Assembly (NCBI GenBank): GCA_035315345.1
Contig: DATFYA010000095.1
Coordinates: 8,449-72,448 of the forward strand
DNA: 64,000 bases
DNA from: Candidatus Methylomirabilota bacterium
GTDB lineage: Bacteria > Methylomirabilota > Methylomirabilia > Rokubacteriales > CSP1-6
Reading direction: 5' to 3'
Shown here piece after piece: positions 34,361-43,560 of the stretch. Both the position numbers and the translations under genes were made by a program. Position 1 is the first letter of the stretch, and each line of letters starts with the position of its first letter. The notes beneath the pieces were generated by a model. The model was not told the origin of the DNA and made no database searches. It saw only the letters and a list, made by a program, of their open reading frames with translations.

Positions 34361-37300
34361 CGGCGCTTCCGCGACGCCGCCCGTACTCGGCGGCTCCGCG
34401 GCTCCTCGGGAATGGGCACGCCGTCGCGATACTCCACGTGGTGGCCGAGGACCGCGGGCACGCGCGGGCCCGGCGTGATGACGCCCACCAGGTTCAGCGG
34501 GTCGACCGCGGACACCCGCACGGTCTGCTCGCCCCCCTGCTCCCGCCGCAGCGCCCGCAGCGACTCGAGCGCCTCGGGGGCGGCGAACTGCTCGCCGACG
34601 AATCCGCCCACGATGCGGCCGCCGCGCAGATCGCCGCGCATCTCGAGACGTCGGTACACGCGAAGCAGGTCGCGCCACGCGGGCAGCCCCGGCTCCCGCT
34701 GCAGCAGATCGCGGAAGACCACGCCGTAGCGTCGGACGTACTGGCGGGCGCGGGCCTCCACGAGGTCGTCGGCGGACGGCGCGGCGGGCGGCACGAGGCG
34801 GGCCCAGCGCCCGGTACCCGGCGACGGCCGGGGGGCGGCCGGCCGGCCGGGACGTGGCCGCCGGTGCTTCTCGGAGTGCATCAAGCTCCGCAGCCCGGCG
34901 AAGCCGTCTCCGGTGACGAGCCCGGCGGTCACCAGCTCGCACAGCGCCTCCTCCACCTCGATCCGAAGCCGTCGCACGCCGGCTGCGATGTCGTCGACGA
35001 ACGAGGCGCCCCGGAGCGTGAGATAGGCCAGCACGTCGTGGGCAGGACCGGAGGGCCGGGCCGAGGCCTCCGCCGCGCCGTCCGATTCGGGACGCGCGTC
35101 GAGCAGCCATCCGAGGTCGCGACGCAGCAGGAGCGCCATCGGCACCGTGGGCGAGAGCCGCCGGCCGGCGTGGCGCGTGCTCTCGCGCAGACCGAGTCGA
35201 CCCCAGGTGACCTCCCCCGACAGGCACAGCTCGTCGAGCCAGCCCGGCTGGTAGCCGGCCACGCGCGCGGGGAGCACGTCGCGCTCCCAGGCGCCCGCGG
35301 CGATCTCGAAGCCCTGCAGCCGCTCGGTGACCCGCAGCAGGCCGTCGCGTCCGTGCTGCTGCGTGCCGGGCTTCACGTGCTGCCAGGCCAGCAGGAACCG
35401 GATCAGCACCGCCGCCGATACCGGCTCGATCAGGCGGCGCAGCCCCTCGAGGGTGCGCCGGTGAATCCGCGCGAGGAGCCGCCGATCGCACCATTCCACT
35501 GCGTCGGCGGCGAGGCCCTCGGGCGTGAAGCGGCCGCGCAGCACGCCGCCTTCGGCCTCGACGGCGACGAGCGCGGCGTCCACCTCGCCGGGCGCCACCG
35601 CGAGCGTGGCCGCGAGCGCGGCCGGGGTGGTCGGGCCCACCAGGCCCAGGTGCGCGCGCACGAGCTCCACCAGCGCGCCCTCGCGATCCGACCACGTGGG
35701 CGGCCGGCGCGCGGGCGGCTCGGTCACGTCCGGCTCGAAGCGGGCGCCGGGCCAGACGGCGGCGGCCAGCGAGCGGCGCTCCGCCGCGACCCAGCCGACC
35801 CGCGGGCCCTCGCGCAGTCGCGCGGCGCGCCCGGCCGCGATCAGCTCGTCGAGATAGCCGGTCCAGGCCTCGGCCATGTGCTCGGGGAGCAGGCCCACGT
35901 CGAGCAGCAGGTCGTGCAGCTCGTCGGCGTTGCGCAGATCCGGCCACGCCTCCTCGACCACCGCCGCGATCGCGGCGGGATCGAGCCGTCCGACGTCGTC
36001 GGCCACCGCCGCGGGCAGGCCGCGCCGCAGGGTCACCGCGCGGGCGCGCCGCTCCTCGAGCGGGGCATCGTCGAGATAGGCGTAGGGATTCGCGTTCAGG
36101 ATCTCGTGAGCGAAGACGGACGGCTCCGGCGTCTCCCGCACCACGCGCCGGATCTGGCCGTCGTGGAGCGCGGTGAGCACGGCGCGGAGGCCGTCGATGT
36201 CCATGGCCTCGGTCAGGCAATCCCGCAGGGTCTCGCGGACCAGCGGGTGGTCCGGTACCTCGACGGGCCCGCCGTCCATGTTGTCCTGGCAGGCGGCCTG
36301 GGCCGGGAACACCGCGACCAGGAGATCCTCGGCGCGCATCCGCTGGAGATACGGCGGCACCTTGCGGCCGCCCTGCCAGCGGAGCAGCGCCAGCGAGCGG
36401 GTGGCGTTCCAGCGCCAGCGGGTGGCGAACATCGGCGCCTGCAGGGCGGCCTGGATCAGCAGCTCGTCGAGCCCGGGCGGGTGCAGCATCTCGAAGACCG
36501 CGTCGAGCGGAAAGCTGTGCTGCGGGCCCAGCGAGAGCAGCACGCCGTCGTCGGTGGCCGCGGCCTGCAGCTCGAAGTTGAACGAGTGACAGAGCCGCTT
36601 GCGCAGCGCCATGCCCCAGGCGCGGTTGACGCGGCCGCCGAAGGGGGCGTGGATCACCATCTGCATGCCACCGGCCTCGTCGAAGAAGCGCTCCACCACC
36701 ACCGTCTCCCGCGTGGGCACCGCGCCCAGGGCCGCCTGCGCGGCCGCGATGTAGTCGCGGGCCAGCGTGGCGCCGCGGCGGTCGAGGCCGGTCTCCTGCT
36801 CGAGCCACGCGACGGCCGCCTCCGGCTCGTGCAGCCGGTCGGCCACGCCCTGGCGCACCGCCGCGAGCTCGGTGGACAGCTCCGGCGTGCGCGCCGGCCC
36901 CTCGCCCAGCCAGAACGGAATGGTGGACGGCGCACCGCCCGCGTCCTCCACGCGCACCTTCCCGCTCTCGATCCGCCGGATGCGCCATGAGGTGTTGCCG
37001 AGCAGGATGACGTCGCCCGCCATCGACTCGATCGCGAAGTCCTCGTCGAGCGAGCCGATCGTGGTCTCGTCCGGCTCCAGCACCACGTCGTAGTTCGCGT
37101 TGTCCGGAATCGCGCCCCCCGACGTGATGGCGGCCAGCCGGGAGCCGCGGCGCGCCTTCAGGCGCCGCCCCACCGCATCGCGGTGCAGCCGCGCCGCCGC
37201 GCGCCCGCGCCGGGTGGCGATGCCGTCGGCCAGCACGTCCACCACCTGGTCGAAGTCGTGCCTGGTGAGATCGGCGTACGGCGCGGCGCGCCGGCACAGC

Positions 37301-38676
37301 GCGAACAGCCGGTCCTCGTCCTGCTCCTCGCTCGCGCAGATGGCCACGATCTGCTGGGCGAGGACGTCGAGCGGCGCGGCGCGCAGCGCGAGCCGATCGA
37401 TCTCGCCGCGGCGCGCCGCGCGGGCCAGCGCCGCGCACTCGACCAGCTGGTCGCGGGTGAGCGGGAAGAGGCGGCCCTTGGGGGTGGCGAGCAGGGCGTG
37501 GCCGGAGCGGCCCACCCGCTGCAGCGCGGTCGCGATCGAGCGCGGCGAGCCGATCAGGCACGTGAGGTCCACGGTGCCCACGTCGATGCCCAGCTCGAGC
37601 GACGCGGTGGCCACCACCAGCGACAGCTCGCCCGATTTCAACCGCTGCTCGGCGTCGAAGCGGCGCTGCCGGCTCAGGCTGCTGTGATGCGCGGCCACCC
37701 GCTCGGCGCCCAGGCGCTCGGCCAGGTGACGGGTGACGCGCTCGACCAGACGGCGAGTGTTGACGAACACCAGGGTGGAGCGGTGCTCGCGGGCCAGGGT
37801 GGCCACGCGGTCGTAGATCTCCTCCCACTGCTCGTTGGTGCAGACCGCGCCCAGCTCGTCGCCGATCATCTCCACCGCCAGGTCCATGTCGCGCCGCTGG
37901 CCGACGTTGACGATCTCGGGCCGCGGCCGGTCGCCCCCGACGAGGAGCCGCGCCGCGGTCTCGATCGGGCGGACGGTGGCCGAGAGTCCGATGCGCTGCA
38001 GGCGGGCGCCGCCGCCCGTCCGCACCAGCTCCTCGAGCCGCTCCAGCGAGAGCGCGAGATGCGCGCCGCGCTTGTCGCCGGCCACCGCGTGGATCTCGTC
38101 CACGATGACGGTGCGCACCTGGGACAGCCAGCGTCGGCTGGACTCCGCGGTGAGAAGGATGAAGAGCGACTCGGGCGTGGTCACCAGCACGTGCGGTGGG
38201 CGGCGGCCGACCTGTCGCCGCTCGTGCGCGGGCGTATCGCCCGTCCGCACCGCGGTGCGGATCTCGGGCGCGGGCAGCCCCGCCGCCACCGCGGCGTCGG
38301 CCAGCTCGCGCAGCGGCTCCTCCAGGTTGCGCCGCACGTCGTTGGAGAGCGCCTTGAGCGGCGAGACGTAGAGGATCGCGGTGCGCTCCTCGAGCCGACC
38401 CTCCACCGCCTCGCGGAAGAGCTGGTCGAGACAGGCCAGGAACGCGGCGAGCGTCTTGCCCGAGCCGGTGGGCGCGGTCAGCAGGACGTCGTGGCCGGCG
38501 GCGATGAGCGGCCAGGCCTGGGCCTGGACCGGTGTGGGCTCGGTGTAGCGCTGACGGAACCACTGGTCGACGACGGGATGGAACACCAGCTCAGTATAGG
38601 CGCCTGCATCGACGGCGCAAGCGCGCGCGGGGCGGATTGACTCGGCCGACTCGTCTCCGTAGCCTTGTCGGGTCAT
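34357..38676 (-). CDS. lhr: Lhr-family large ATP-dependent DEAD/DEAH-box helicase
   Basis: ORF 34357..38676(-), 1439 aa. Motifs: TPVQAQAWP, Walker A APTGSGKTLAAF, DEIH, SATV, and the helicase C region LELGIDVG...QRVGRSGH, plus a long Lhr-type C-terminal extension. The start is uncertain; an alternative GTG lies at 38586. Confidence 0.85.
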   Translation of the reverse strand: MTRQGYGDESAESIRPARACAVDAGAYTELVFHPVVDQWFRQRYTEPTPVQAQAWPLIAAGHDVLLTAPTGSGKTLAAFLACLDQLFREAVEGRLEERTAILYVSPLKALSNDVRRNLEEPLRELADAAVAAGLPAPEIRTAVRTGDTPAHERRQVGRRPPHVLVTTPESLFILLTAESSRRWLSQVRTVIVDEIHAVAGDKRGAHLALSLERLEELVRTGGGARLQRIGLSATVRPIETAARLLVGGDRPRPEIVNVGQRRDMDLAVEMIGDELGAVCTNEQWEEIYDRVATLAREHRSTLVFVNTRRLVERVTRHLAERLGAERVAAHHSSLSRQRRFDAEQRLKSGELSLVVATASLELGIDVGTVDLTCLIGSPRSIATALQRVGRSGHALLATPKGRLFPLTRDQLVECAALARAARRGEIDRLALRAAPLDVLAQQIVAICASEEQDEDRLFALCRRAAPYADLTRHDFDQVVDVLADGIATRRGRAAARLHRDAVGRRLKARRGSRLAAITSGGAIPDNANYDVVLEPDETTIGSLDEDFAIESMAGDVILLGNTSWRIRRIESGKVRVEDAGGAPSTIPFWLGEGPARTPELSTELAAVRQGVADRLHEPEAAVAWLEQETGLDRRGATLARDYIAAAQAALGAVPTRETVVVERFFDEAGGMQMVIHAPFGGRVNRAWGMALRKRLCHSFNFELQAAATDDGVLLSLGPQHSFPLDAVFEMLHPPGLDELLIQAALQAPMFATRWRWNATRSLALLRWQGGRKVPPYLQRMRAEDLLVAVFPAQAACQDNMDGGPVEVPDHPLVRETLRDCLTEAMDIDGLRAVLTALHDGQIRRVVRETPEPSVFAHEILNANPYAYLDDAPLEERRARAVTLRRGLPAAVADDVGRLDPAAIAAVVEEAWPDLRNADELHDLLLDVGLLPEHMAEAWTGYLDELIAAGRAARLREGPRVGWVAAERRSLAAAVWPGARFEPDVTEPPARRPPTWSDREGALVELVRAHLGLVGPTTPAALAATLAVAPGEVDAALVAVEAEGGVLRGRFTPEGLAADAVEWCDRRLLARIHRRTLEGLRRLIEPVSAAVLIRFLLAWQHVKPGTQQHGRDGLLRVTERLQGFEIAAGAWERDVLPARVAGYQPGWLDELCLSGEVTWGRLGLRESTRHAGRRLSPTVPMALLLRRDLGWLLDARPESDGAAEASARPSGPAHDVLAYLTLRGASFVDDIAAGVRRLRIEVEEALCELVTAGLVTGDGFAGLRSLMHSEKHRRPRPGRPAAPRPSPGTGRWARLVPPAAPSADDLVEARARQYVRRYGVVFRDLLQREPGLPAWRDLLRVYRRLEMRGDLRGGRIVGGFVGEQFAAPEALESLRALRREQGGEQTVRVSAVDPLNLVGVITPGPRVPAVLGHHVEYRDGVPIPEEPRSRRVRAASRKRR

Positions 38677-39925
38677 GAGCGAGCGGCAGGAGACCGTGAT
38701 CGTCGGCGGCGGGCAGGCCGGCCTCGCGATGAGCCATCAGCTGAGCCGGCTCCGACGGCCGCACGTCGTCCTCGAGCGCGGCCGGGTGGCCGAGCGCTGG
38801 CGCAGCGAGCGCTGGGACTCGCTGATGTTCCAGTTTCCCAACTGGAGCATGCGCCTGCCCGGCCAGCCATACGACGGCGGCGATCCCGAGGGCTTCGCCT
38901 CCCGCGACGAGGTGATCGCGTTCATCGAGCGCTATCGCGACGCCATCCGGGCGCCGGTGCGAACCGGCGTCGGCGCGACCGCGCTGCGGCCGGCGGCCGC
39001 CGGCGAACTGCTTCATCTCGAGACGACCGACGGGCCCATCGAGGCCGACAACGTGGTGATCGCAACCGGCCCGTACCAGGAGCCGATCGTGCCCGCGACG
39101 AGCCGGGCCCTGCCGAGCCGGGTGCGCCAGGTGCACTCGAGCGGCTATCGCAATCCGGGTCAGCTGCCGGCCGGTGCGGTGCTGGTGGTCGGCTCCGGTG
39201 CATCCGGCTGCCAGATCGTCGAGGACCTGCTGGCCGCGGGACGGCGCGTGTATCTCTCGGTGGGGCGTCATCGCCGCTTTCCTCGCCGCTACCGCGGGCG
39301 CGACATGTTCTGGTGGATGGAGCGGCTCGGCGCGCTCGACCAGCCGATCGATGAGCGGCCGGAGGCGCGCGAGCGGCCGAATCCGCTCGTCACCGGCGTC
39401 GGCGGCGGCCACGACATCGATCTGCGGCGCTATCGCGCCGACGGCGTCGTGCTGCTCGGGCATCTCTCCGAAATCACCGGCTCGCGTCTGCGCCTGGCCG
39501 ACGACGTGGAGGCGCTGCTGGCCGCCGGCGACGAGAGCGTCGCCGCGTTCGCCCGCACCGTCGACGCGTACATCGAGCGGTCCGGCATCGAGGCTCCGGC
39601 CGAGCCGACCGCAGCGCCTCCCGCGTCGTCGGCGATGCCGCCGATCCGTGAGCTGGATCTCGAGGAGGCCGGCATCACCGCGGTGATCTGGGCCACCGGG
39701 TTCCGCCGCGACTTCGGGTGGATCCGGCTGCCCATCCTCGACGACCGGGGCGAGCCGGTGCATCGCCGTGGCGTCACGCGCTGCCCGGGCGTCTACTTCC
39801 TCGGCCTGCCGTGGCTCCACACGCTGCGGTCGTCGGTGCTGTGCGGCGTCGGAGACGACGCGGCCCACCTGGCCGAGCACATCGCCTCGCGCGTGACCGT
39901 GCCGGCGGCGGCAAGGAGAGCGTGA
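38675..39925 (+). CDS. FAD/NAD(P)-binding flavin-containing monooxygenase-like oxidoreductase
   Basis: ORF 38675..39925(+). Motifs: VIVGGGQAGLAMSHQL and VLVVGSGASGCQIVEDL. Confidence 0.75.
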   Translation: MSERQETVIVGGGQAGLAMSHQLSRLRRPHVVLERGRVAERWRSERWDSLMFQFPNWSMRLPGQPYDGGDPEGFASRDEVIAFIERYRDAIRAPVRTGVGATALRPAAAGELLHLETTDGPIEADNVVIATGPYQEPIVPATSRALPSRVRQVHSSGYRNPGQLPAGAVLVVGSGASGCQIVEDLLAAGRRVYLSVGRHRRFPRRYRGRDMFWWMERLGALDQPIDERPEARERPNPLVTGVGGGHDIDLRRYRADGVVLLGHLSEITGSRLRLADDVEALLAAGDESVAAFARTVDAYIERSGIEAPAEPTAAPPASSAMPPIRELDLEEAGITAVIWATGFRRDFGWIRLPILDDRGEPVHRRGVTRCPGVYFLGLPWLHTLRSSVLCGVGDDAAHLAEHIASRVTVPAAARRA

Positions 39926-41019
39926 TGGCCATCGAGTTCGTCGGGATGATCGGGGTGCGGCCCGAGGGGGCCGACGGCGCCGCGGTGCACGTCATCGGCG
40001 GGGCCATCGACATGGTCTGGATCCGCGACTTCTCACGCACCCACGAGGACGCCGGCTTCGACAAGGTACTGGTCGGCTACACGTCCACCGCGGCCGACGG
40101 CTTCCTGATCTCGAGCTACGCGGCGGCCCACACCGAGCGGCTCGGGTACCTGATCGCGCACCGGCCCGGCTTCGTGGCCCCGACCCTGGCCGCACGCAAG
40201 GCGGCCACGCTCGACCAGCTGTCCGGCGGGCGGGTCGCGCTCCACATCATCACCGGCGGCAGCGACGCGGATCAGGCGCGCGACGGCGACTTCGTGGAGC
40301 ACGACACCCGCTATCGGCGCACCGACGAGTACCTGGAGCTGATGCGCCGGATGTGGACCGAGGAGCGCCCGTTCGACCACGCCGGCGAGTTCTACCGCGT
40401 CACCGGCGCGTACTCGGACGTCAAGCCGCGCCAGCAGCCGCGCATCCCGCTCTACTTCGGCGGGGCCTCCGAGGCCGCGCACCGGATCGGCGTGCGCCAC
40501 TGCGACGTCTACATGCTCTGGGGCGAGCCGCTCGCCGCGATCCGCGAGCGCATCGCCACCCTCCGCGCCTTTGCGCTGCGCCAGGGCCGCGACCCGGGCG
40601 AGCTGCGCTTCAGCGTCTCGCTCCGGCCGATCATCGCCGCGACCGAGGCCCAGGCGTGGGCCAAGGCCCGCGCGATCCTGGAGCAGGTGCGGGCCAAGCA
40701 GGGCGACCGGACGCTGCCGCTACCCGAGGCGATCGGGGCGCGGCGGCTGGTGGACTTCGCCCAGCAGGCCGAGGTGCACGACAAGCGGCTCTGGACGCCG
40801 ATCGCGGCCGCGGTGGGCGGCGCGGGCAACACCACTGCGCTGGTCGGCACGCCCGAGCAGGTCGCCGAATCGCTGCTCGACTACTACGATCTGGGCGTCA
40901 CCACGCTGCTGATCCGCGGCTTCGACCCGTTGCACGACGCCGCCGACTATGGCCGCGCGCTGATCCCGCTGGTGCGTGCCGAGGCGGCCCGCCGGGATCG
41001 CGATCGGCCGGCGGCGTGA
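39925..41019 (+). CDS. LLM-class flavin-dependent monooxygenase (alkanesulfonate/dimethylsulfone monooxygenase-like)
   Basis: The ATG overlaps the previous TGA, with AAGGAGAG upstream. Motifs: LDQLSGGRVALHIITGG, YRRTDEYLELMRRMW, LVGTPEQVAESLLDY. Confidence 0.75.
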   Translation: MAIEFVGMIGVRPEGADGAAVHVIGGAIDMVWIRDFSRTHEDAGFDKVLVGYTSTAADGFLISSYAAAHTERLGYLIAHRPGFVAPTLAARKAATLDQLSGGRVALHIITGGSDADQARDGDFVEHDTRYRRTDEYLELMRRMWTEERPFDHAGEFYRVTGAYSDVKPRQQPRIPLYFGGASEAAHRIGVRHCDVYMLWGEPLAAIRERIATLRAFALRQGRDPGELRFSVSLRPIIAATEAQAWAKARAILEQVRAKQGDRTLPLPEAIGARRLVDFAQQAEVHDKRLWTPIAAAVGGAGNTTALVGTPEQVAESLLDYYDLGVTTLLIRGFDPLHDAADYGRALIPLVRAEAARRDRDRPAA

Positions 41020-41585
41020 ACCTGCTCGCGGTCGTCGGCGCGGTCACGCCGCCCGGGCGGCTCGACGCGGCGGTGCGATTCGCGGCGGAGACCGCCGCCG
41101 CGAGGCCGGGCGTCACCGCGTCGGTGCTGAGCCTCGGGGAGCACCGCATCTCGTTCGCGGACGGGCGGCCCCTCGAGCGCTTCACCGATGACACCGCGCG
41201 CGTGGTCGGCGCGCTCGTCGCGGCCGACGCCGTGCTGCTGGCGAGCCCGGTCTATCGCGGCTCGCTCACCGGCGCGCTCAAGAACCTGCTCGACCTGACC
41301 CCGGTGGAGGCACTGCGCGCCAAGCCGGTGGGCATCGTCGCGATGGGAGCCACCGCGCATCACTACCTGGGAGTCGACTGGCACATGCGCGCGGTGCTCG
41401 CGTGGTTCGGCGCGCTGGTGGTGCCGACGAGCGTGTATCTCGAGTCGCGGCACTTCCGCGACGGCAAGCTGGGGGATTCGGCGAGCCGCGGCGCGCTCGC
41501 CGATCTGGTCGGCGCCCTCGTCGCGTTGGCGGCGGTCCCGCGGGATCAGGCGGGCCCGCCGCCGCTAGCCGCAGGACACGGCTAG
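41016..41585 (+). CDS. NADPH-dependent FMN reductase (SsuE/MsuE-like)
   Basis: GTGA overlap with the previous stop. Motifs: AVLLASPVYRGSLTGALKNLLDL and GIVAMGATAHH. Confidence 0.7.
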   Translation: MNLLAVVGAVTPPGRLDAAVRFAAETAAARPGVTASVLSLGEHRISFADGRPLERFTDDTARVVGALVAADAVLLASPVYRGSLTGALKNLLDLTPVEALRAKPVGIVAMGATAHHYLGVDWHMRAVLAWFGALVVPTSVYLESRHFRDGKLGDSASRGALADLVGALVALAAVPRDQAGPPPLAAGHG

Positions 41586-41604
41586 CGGTCAGCGGGTCAC
41601 GCGC

Positions 41605-42291
41605 CTAGCGCTGCCTGCGCAAACGCCACGCGAGGCCGGCAAGCCCCGAGCCGAGCAGGATCAGGGTGGCGGGCTCGGGAACGGCAGTGGGCGGTCCGAA
41701 CGGACCGTTCCCGCCGACCGTGAAGGCATAATAATTTTCGAACGTGTCGGTCCAGGATATCGAGCTGAACGTGCCGCTGAACTGAATCACGCCGTTGCCT
41801 TCGTTGCCCGAGACCACATTGCCCAACACCGTGATCGGGGCGCCGCCGAACTGGGTGTTGGGACCGCCAGCCTGAAATGTCGGTGTCGCATCGAACGTGA
41901 ACGACGCCGGGATGTTCGGAGCGCCGAGGCTCCAGATCGCGAAGACGGGATTCTGCACGGGCGACGCGAAGGTGATCGTGTTGGGTCCCGTGAAGGTTCC
42001 CTGTAGCTGGATCTCGTCACCCACCACGCTCGGCGAAGTCGTGACGGTGCCGCCGATGAATGAGGTGTCGGGCGACCAGCTCGTGCTGACCCCGTTGAGA
42101 ACACTGCCCCTGACTTCGCCCGTGTAGGACACACCCACACCGTTGAGCGACCCAGAGGCAGAGCCGGAGTTCGACAAACTGGCGGTGGCGCTTTCCCAAT
42201 CGGTCCAGATTGTGGCGGCTTGCGCGTCGACGACGGCGAGACCGAGCAGCATGCCCAGCGCGGATGCGATGAGGAGCGTTCGACGGATCAT
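41605..42291 (-). CDS. PEP-CTERM sorting-domain secreted protein
   Basis: Internal Met MIRRTLLIASALGMLLGLAVV, 5 nt after GGAGG. The C-terminus VPEPATLILLGSGLAGLAWRLRRQR shows the PEP motif, a TM helix and a basic tail. The gene is visibly less GC-rich than its flanks. Confidence 0.8.
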   Translation of the reverse strand: MIRRTLLIASALGMLLGLAVVDAQAATIWTDWESATASLSNSGSASGSLNGVGVSYTGEVRGSVLNGVSTSWSPDTSFIGGTVTTSPSVVGDEIQLQGTFTGPNTITFASPVQNPVFAIWSLGAPNIPASFTFDATPTFQAGGPNTQFGGAPITVLGNVVSGNEGNGVIQFSGTFSSISWTDTFENYYAFTVGGNGPFGPPTAVPEPATLILLGSGLAGLAWRLRRQR

Positions 42292-42382
42292 GGAATCCTC
42301 CAGTGGAGCTGACGGCTTCGAGACAAACAATCTACTGCGATCGTCCGAGGCGGACAAGGAATAGTTGTGCTTACGCGGCCGC

Positions 42383-42934
42383 TCAGCGAGGCGTCGCGAC
42401 GAGGGCGCGGATCAGGTCCCGCGCCGACGCGCTGCTCCAATCCTTGGCACCCACCATTCGACCGACCAGGCGCCCCTCGCGGTCCACAAGGTACGCAGTC
42501 GGCGGGCCCCACACTCCGTAAAGTTTTCCCGTGACGTCGCCCGAGGCGTCCAGCAGCACCGGCGCGGTATACCCGCGCTCCACCGCGGTGCGCTTCACCA
42601 GGTCGGCGCTCTCACGGAAGGAGATCAGCAGCACTTCCAGGCCCTGCGCCTTGAACTCCTGGTACAGCCGGTTGACGGAAGGTAACTCCTCCCGACAGTC
42701 CGGTCACCAGGTTGCCCAGAAAAAGAGCAGGAGCGCCTTTCCCTTCTGGTCGTTCAGGCTCACGGTGCGGCCGTCGAGGCCGGGCAGGGTGAAGGCTGGG
42801 GCGGGTTTGGGCGGCTGGTAGCTCTGCACGCCCATTTTTTCCCAGGCCGCCGGCGCGGTGGCGGATTGCGCCACCGCGGCCGCGGCCCAGAGCGCCACCG
42901 CGAGCAGGCTGGCCGCGGCGGAGTGGACGATCAT
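42383..42934 (-). CDS. TlpA/ResA-like thioredoxin-fold thiol-disulfide oxidoreductase with predicted selenocysteine (TGA at 42706-42704) in a UxxC redox motif; signal peptide
   Basis: ORFs 42704..42934(-) and 42383..42634(-) are in the same frame. Read-through gives KGKALLLFFWATW-U-PDC-REELPSVNRLYQEFKAQGLEVLLISF, so the TGA occupies the first Cys of the WCxxC motif. The N-terminal signal is MIVHSAAASLLAVALWAAAAVAQS. The ATG overlaps the upstream gene's TGA (TGATG). Confidence 0.7.
42676..42694 (-). promoter_or_regulatory. candidate SECIS hairpin for the TlpA-like UGA
   Basis: CGGGAGG-AGUUA-CCUUCCG (7 bp including one G-U, 5-nt loop), beginning 9 nt after the UGA. Hand-folded. Confidence 0.4.
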
Positions 42935-43473
42935 CAGACTTTCGCGTCCTTGAGCGCCTGCAGCACTTCCGCGGGATCCAGCAGGTCGAGCGGATTGGCC
43001 TCGACCTTGGTCCAGCGAACCACCCCGTTCTTGTCGATCACGAAATAGGCGCGCTTGGCGTACCGGAAGATCGGGCTCTTCTCGTCGGTGACCAGGGCGT
43101 CGTAGGCCGGCAGCATCGTGCGCCGGAAATCGGACAGCAACGTGTAGGAGACCTTGTTCTGCTTCTGCCAGGCTTCCAGGGTTGCGACATGATCGGCACT
43201 CACGCCCACGACCTGGGCGCCCGCGGCCTCGAACTGGGGCATGGCCCCCTCGAAGCCGAGCAATTCCTTGGTTCAGGTGCCGGTGAACGCCTGGATGAAG
43301 GTGAAGATGACGACGGGACCCTTGGCGGTCAGGTCAGACAGCTTGACCTGCTTGCCTCCGGGTGCCGCCAGGGTGAAGTCGGGCGCTTTCTGGCCGACTT
43401 CCAGGGCGGCGACCGGGACGACGAGGACGGCCAGCAGCAGGGCCGTGGCCAGGAACGGGACGGCTCGACGCAT
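42934..43473 (-). CDS. AhpC/TSA-family peroxiredoxin with predicted selenocysteine (TGA at 43275-43273) as peroxidatic residue; signal peptide
   Basis: ORFs 43273..43941(-) and 42934..43263(-) are in the same frame. Read-through gives GPVVIFTFIQAFTGT-U-TKELLGFEG, so the TGA sits at the peroxidatic Cys of the P/FxxxTxxC Prx motif. I place the start at MRRAVPFLATALLLAVLVVPVAALEVGQKAPDF, a signal peptide, with AAGGAGAG upstream. The protein has no other Cys. Confidence 0.7.
43225..43257 (-). promoter_or_regulatory. candidate SECIS hairpin for the peroxiredoxin UGA
   Basis: GGCUUCGA-GGGG-GCCAUG-CCCC-(AGU bulge)-UCGAGGCC, that is 8 bp plus 4 bp with a 6-nt loop, starting 15 nt after the UGA. Hand-folded. 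Confidence 0.45.
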
Positions 43474-43560
43474 TGCGCTCTCCTTTCCGCAGTGAGGGGT
43501 GACGCCCACACAACGACCGGGGTCCGCCCCAAGTTTCCGGGCCGCGGCATAATACCGTCC

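Noticed and set aside
38584-38677. Divergent lhr and monooxygenase start codons overlapping at 38674-38677 (TCATGA).
   Set aside because: This is most likely an ORF-extension artefact. Lhr can start at the GTG at 38586 (MFHPVVDQWF, matching where homologs begin), which leaves a normal divergent promoter region of about 90 bp. It is not evidence of anything unusual.
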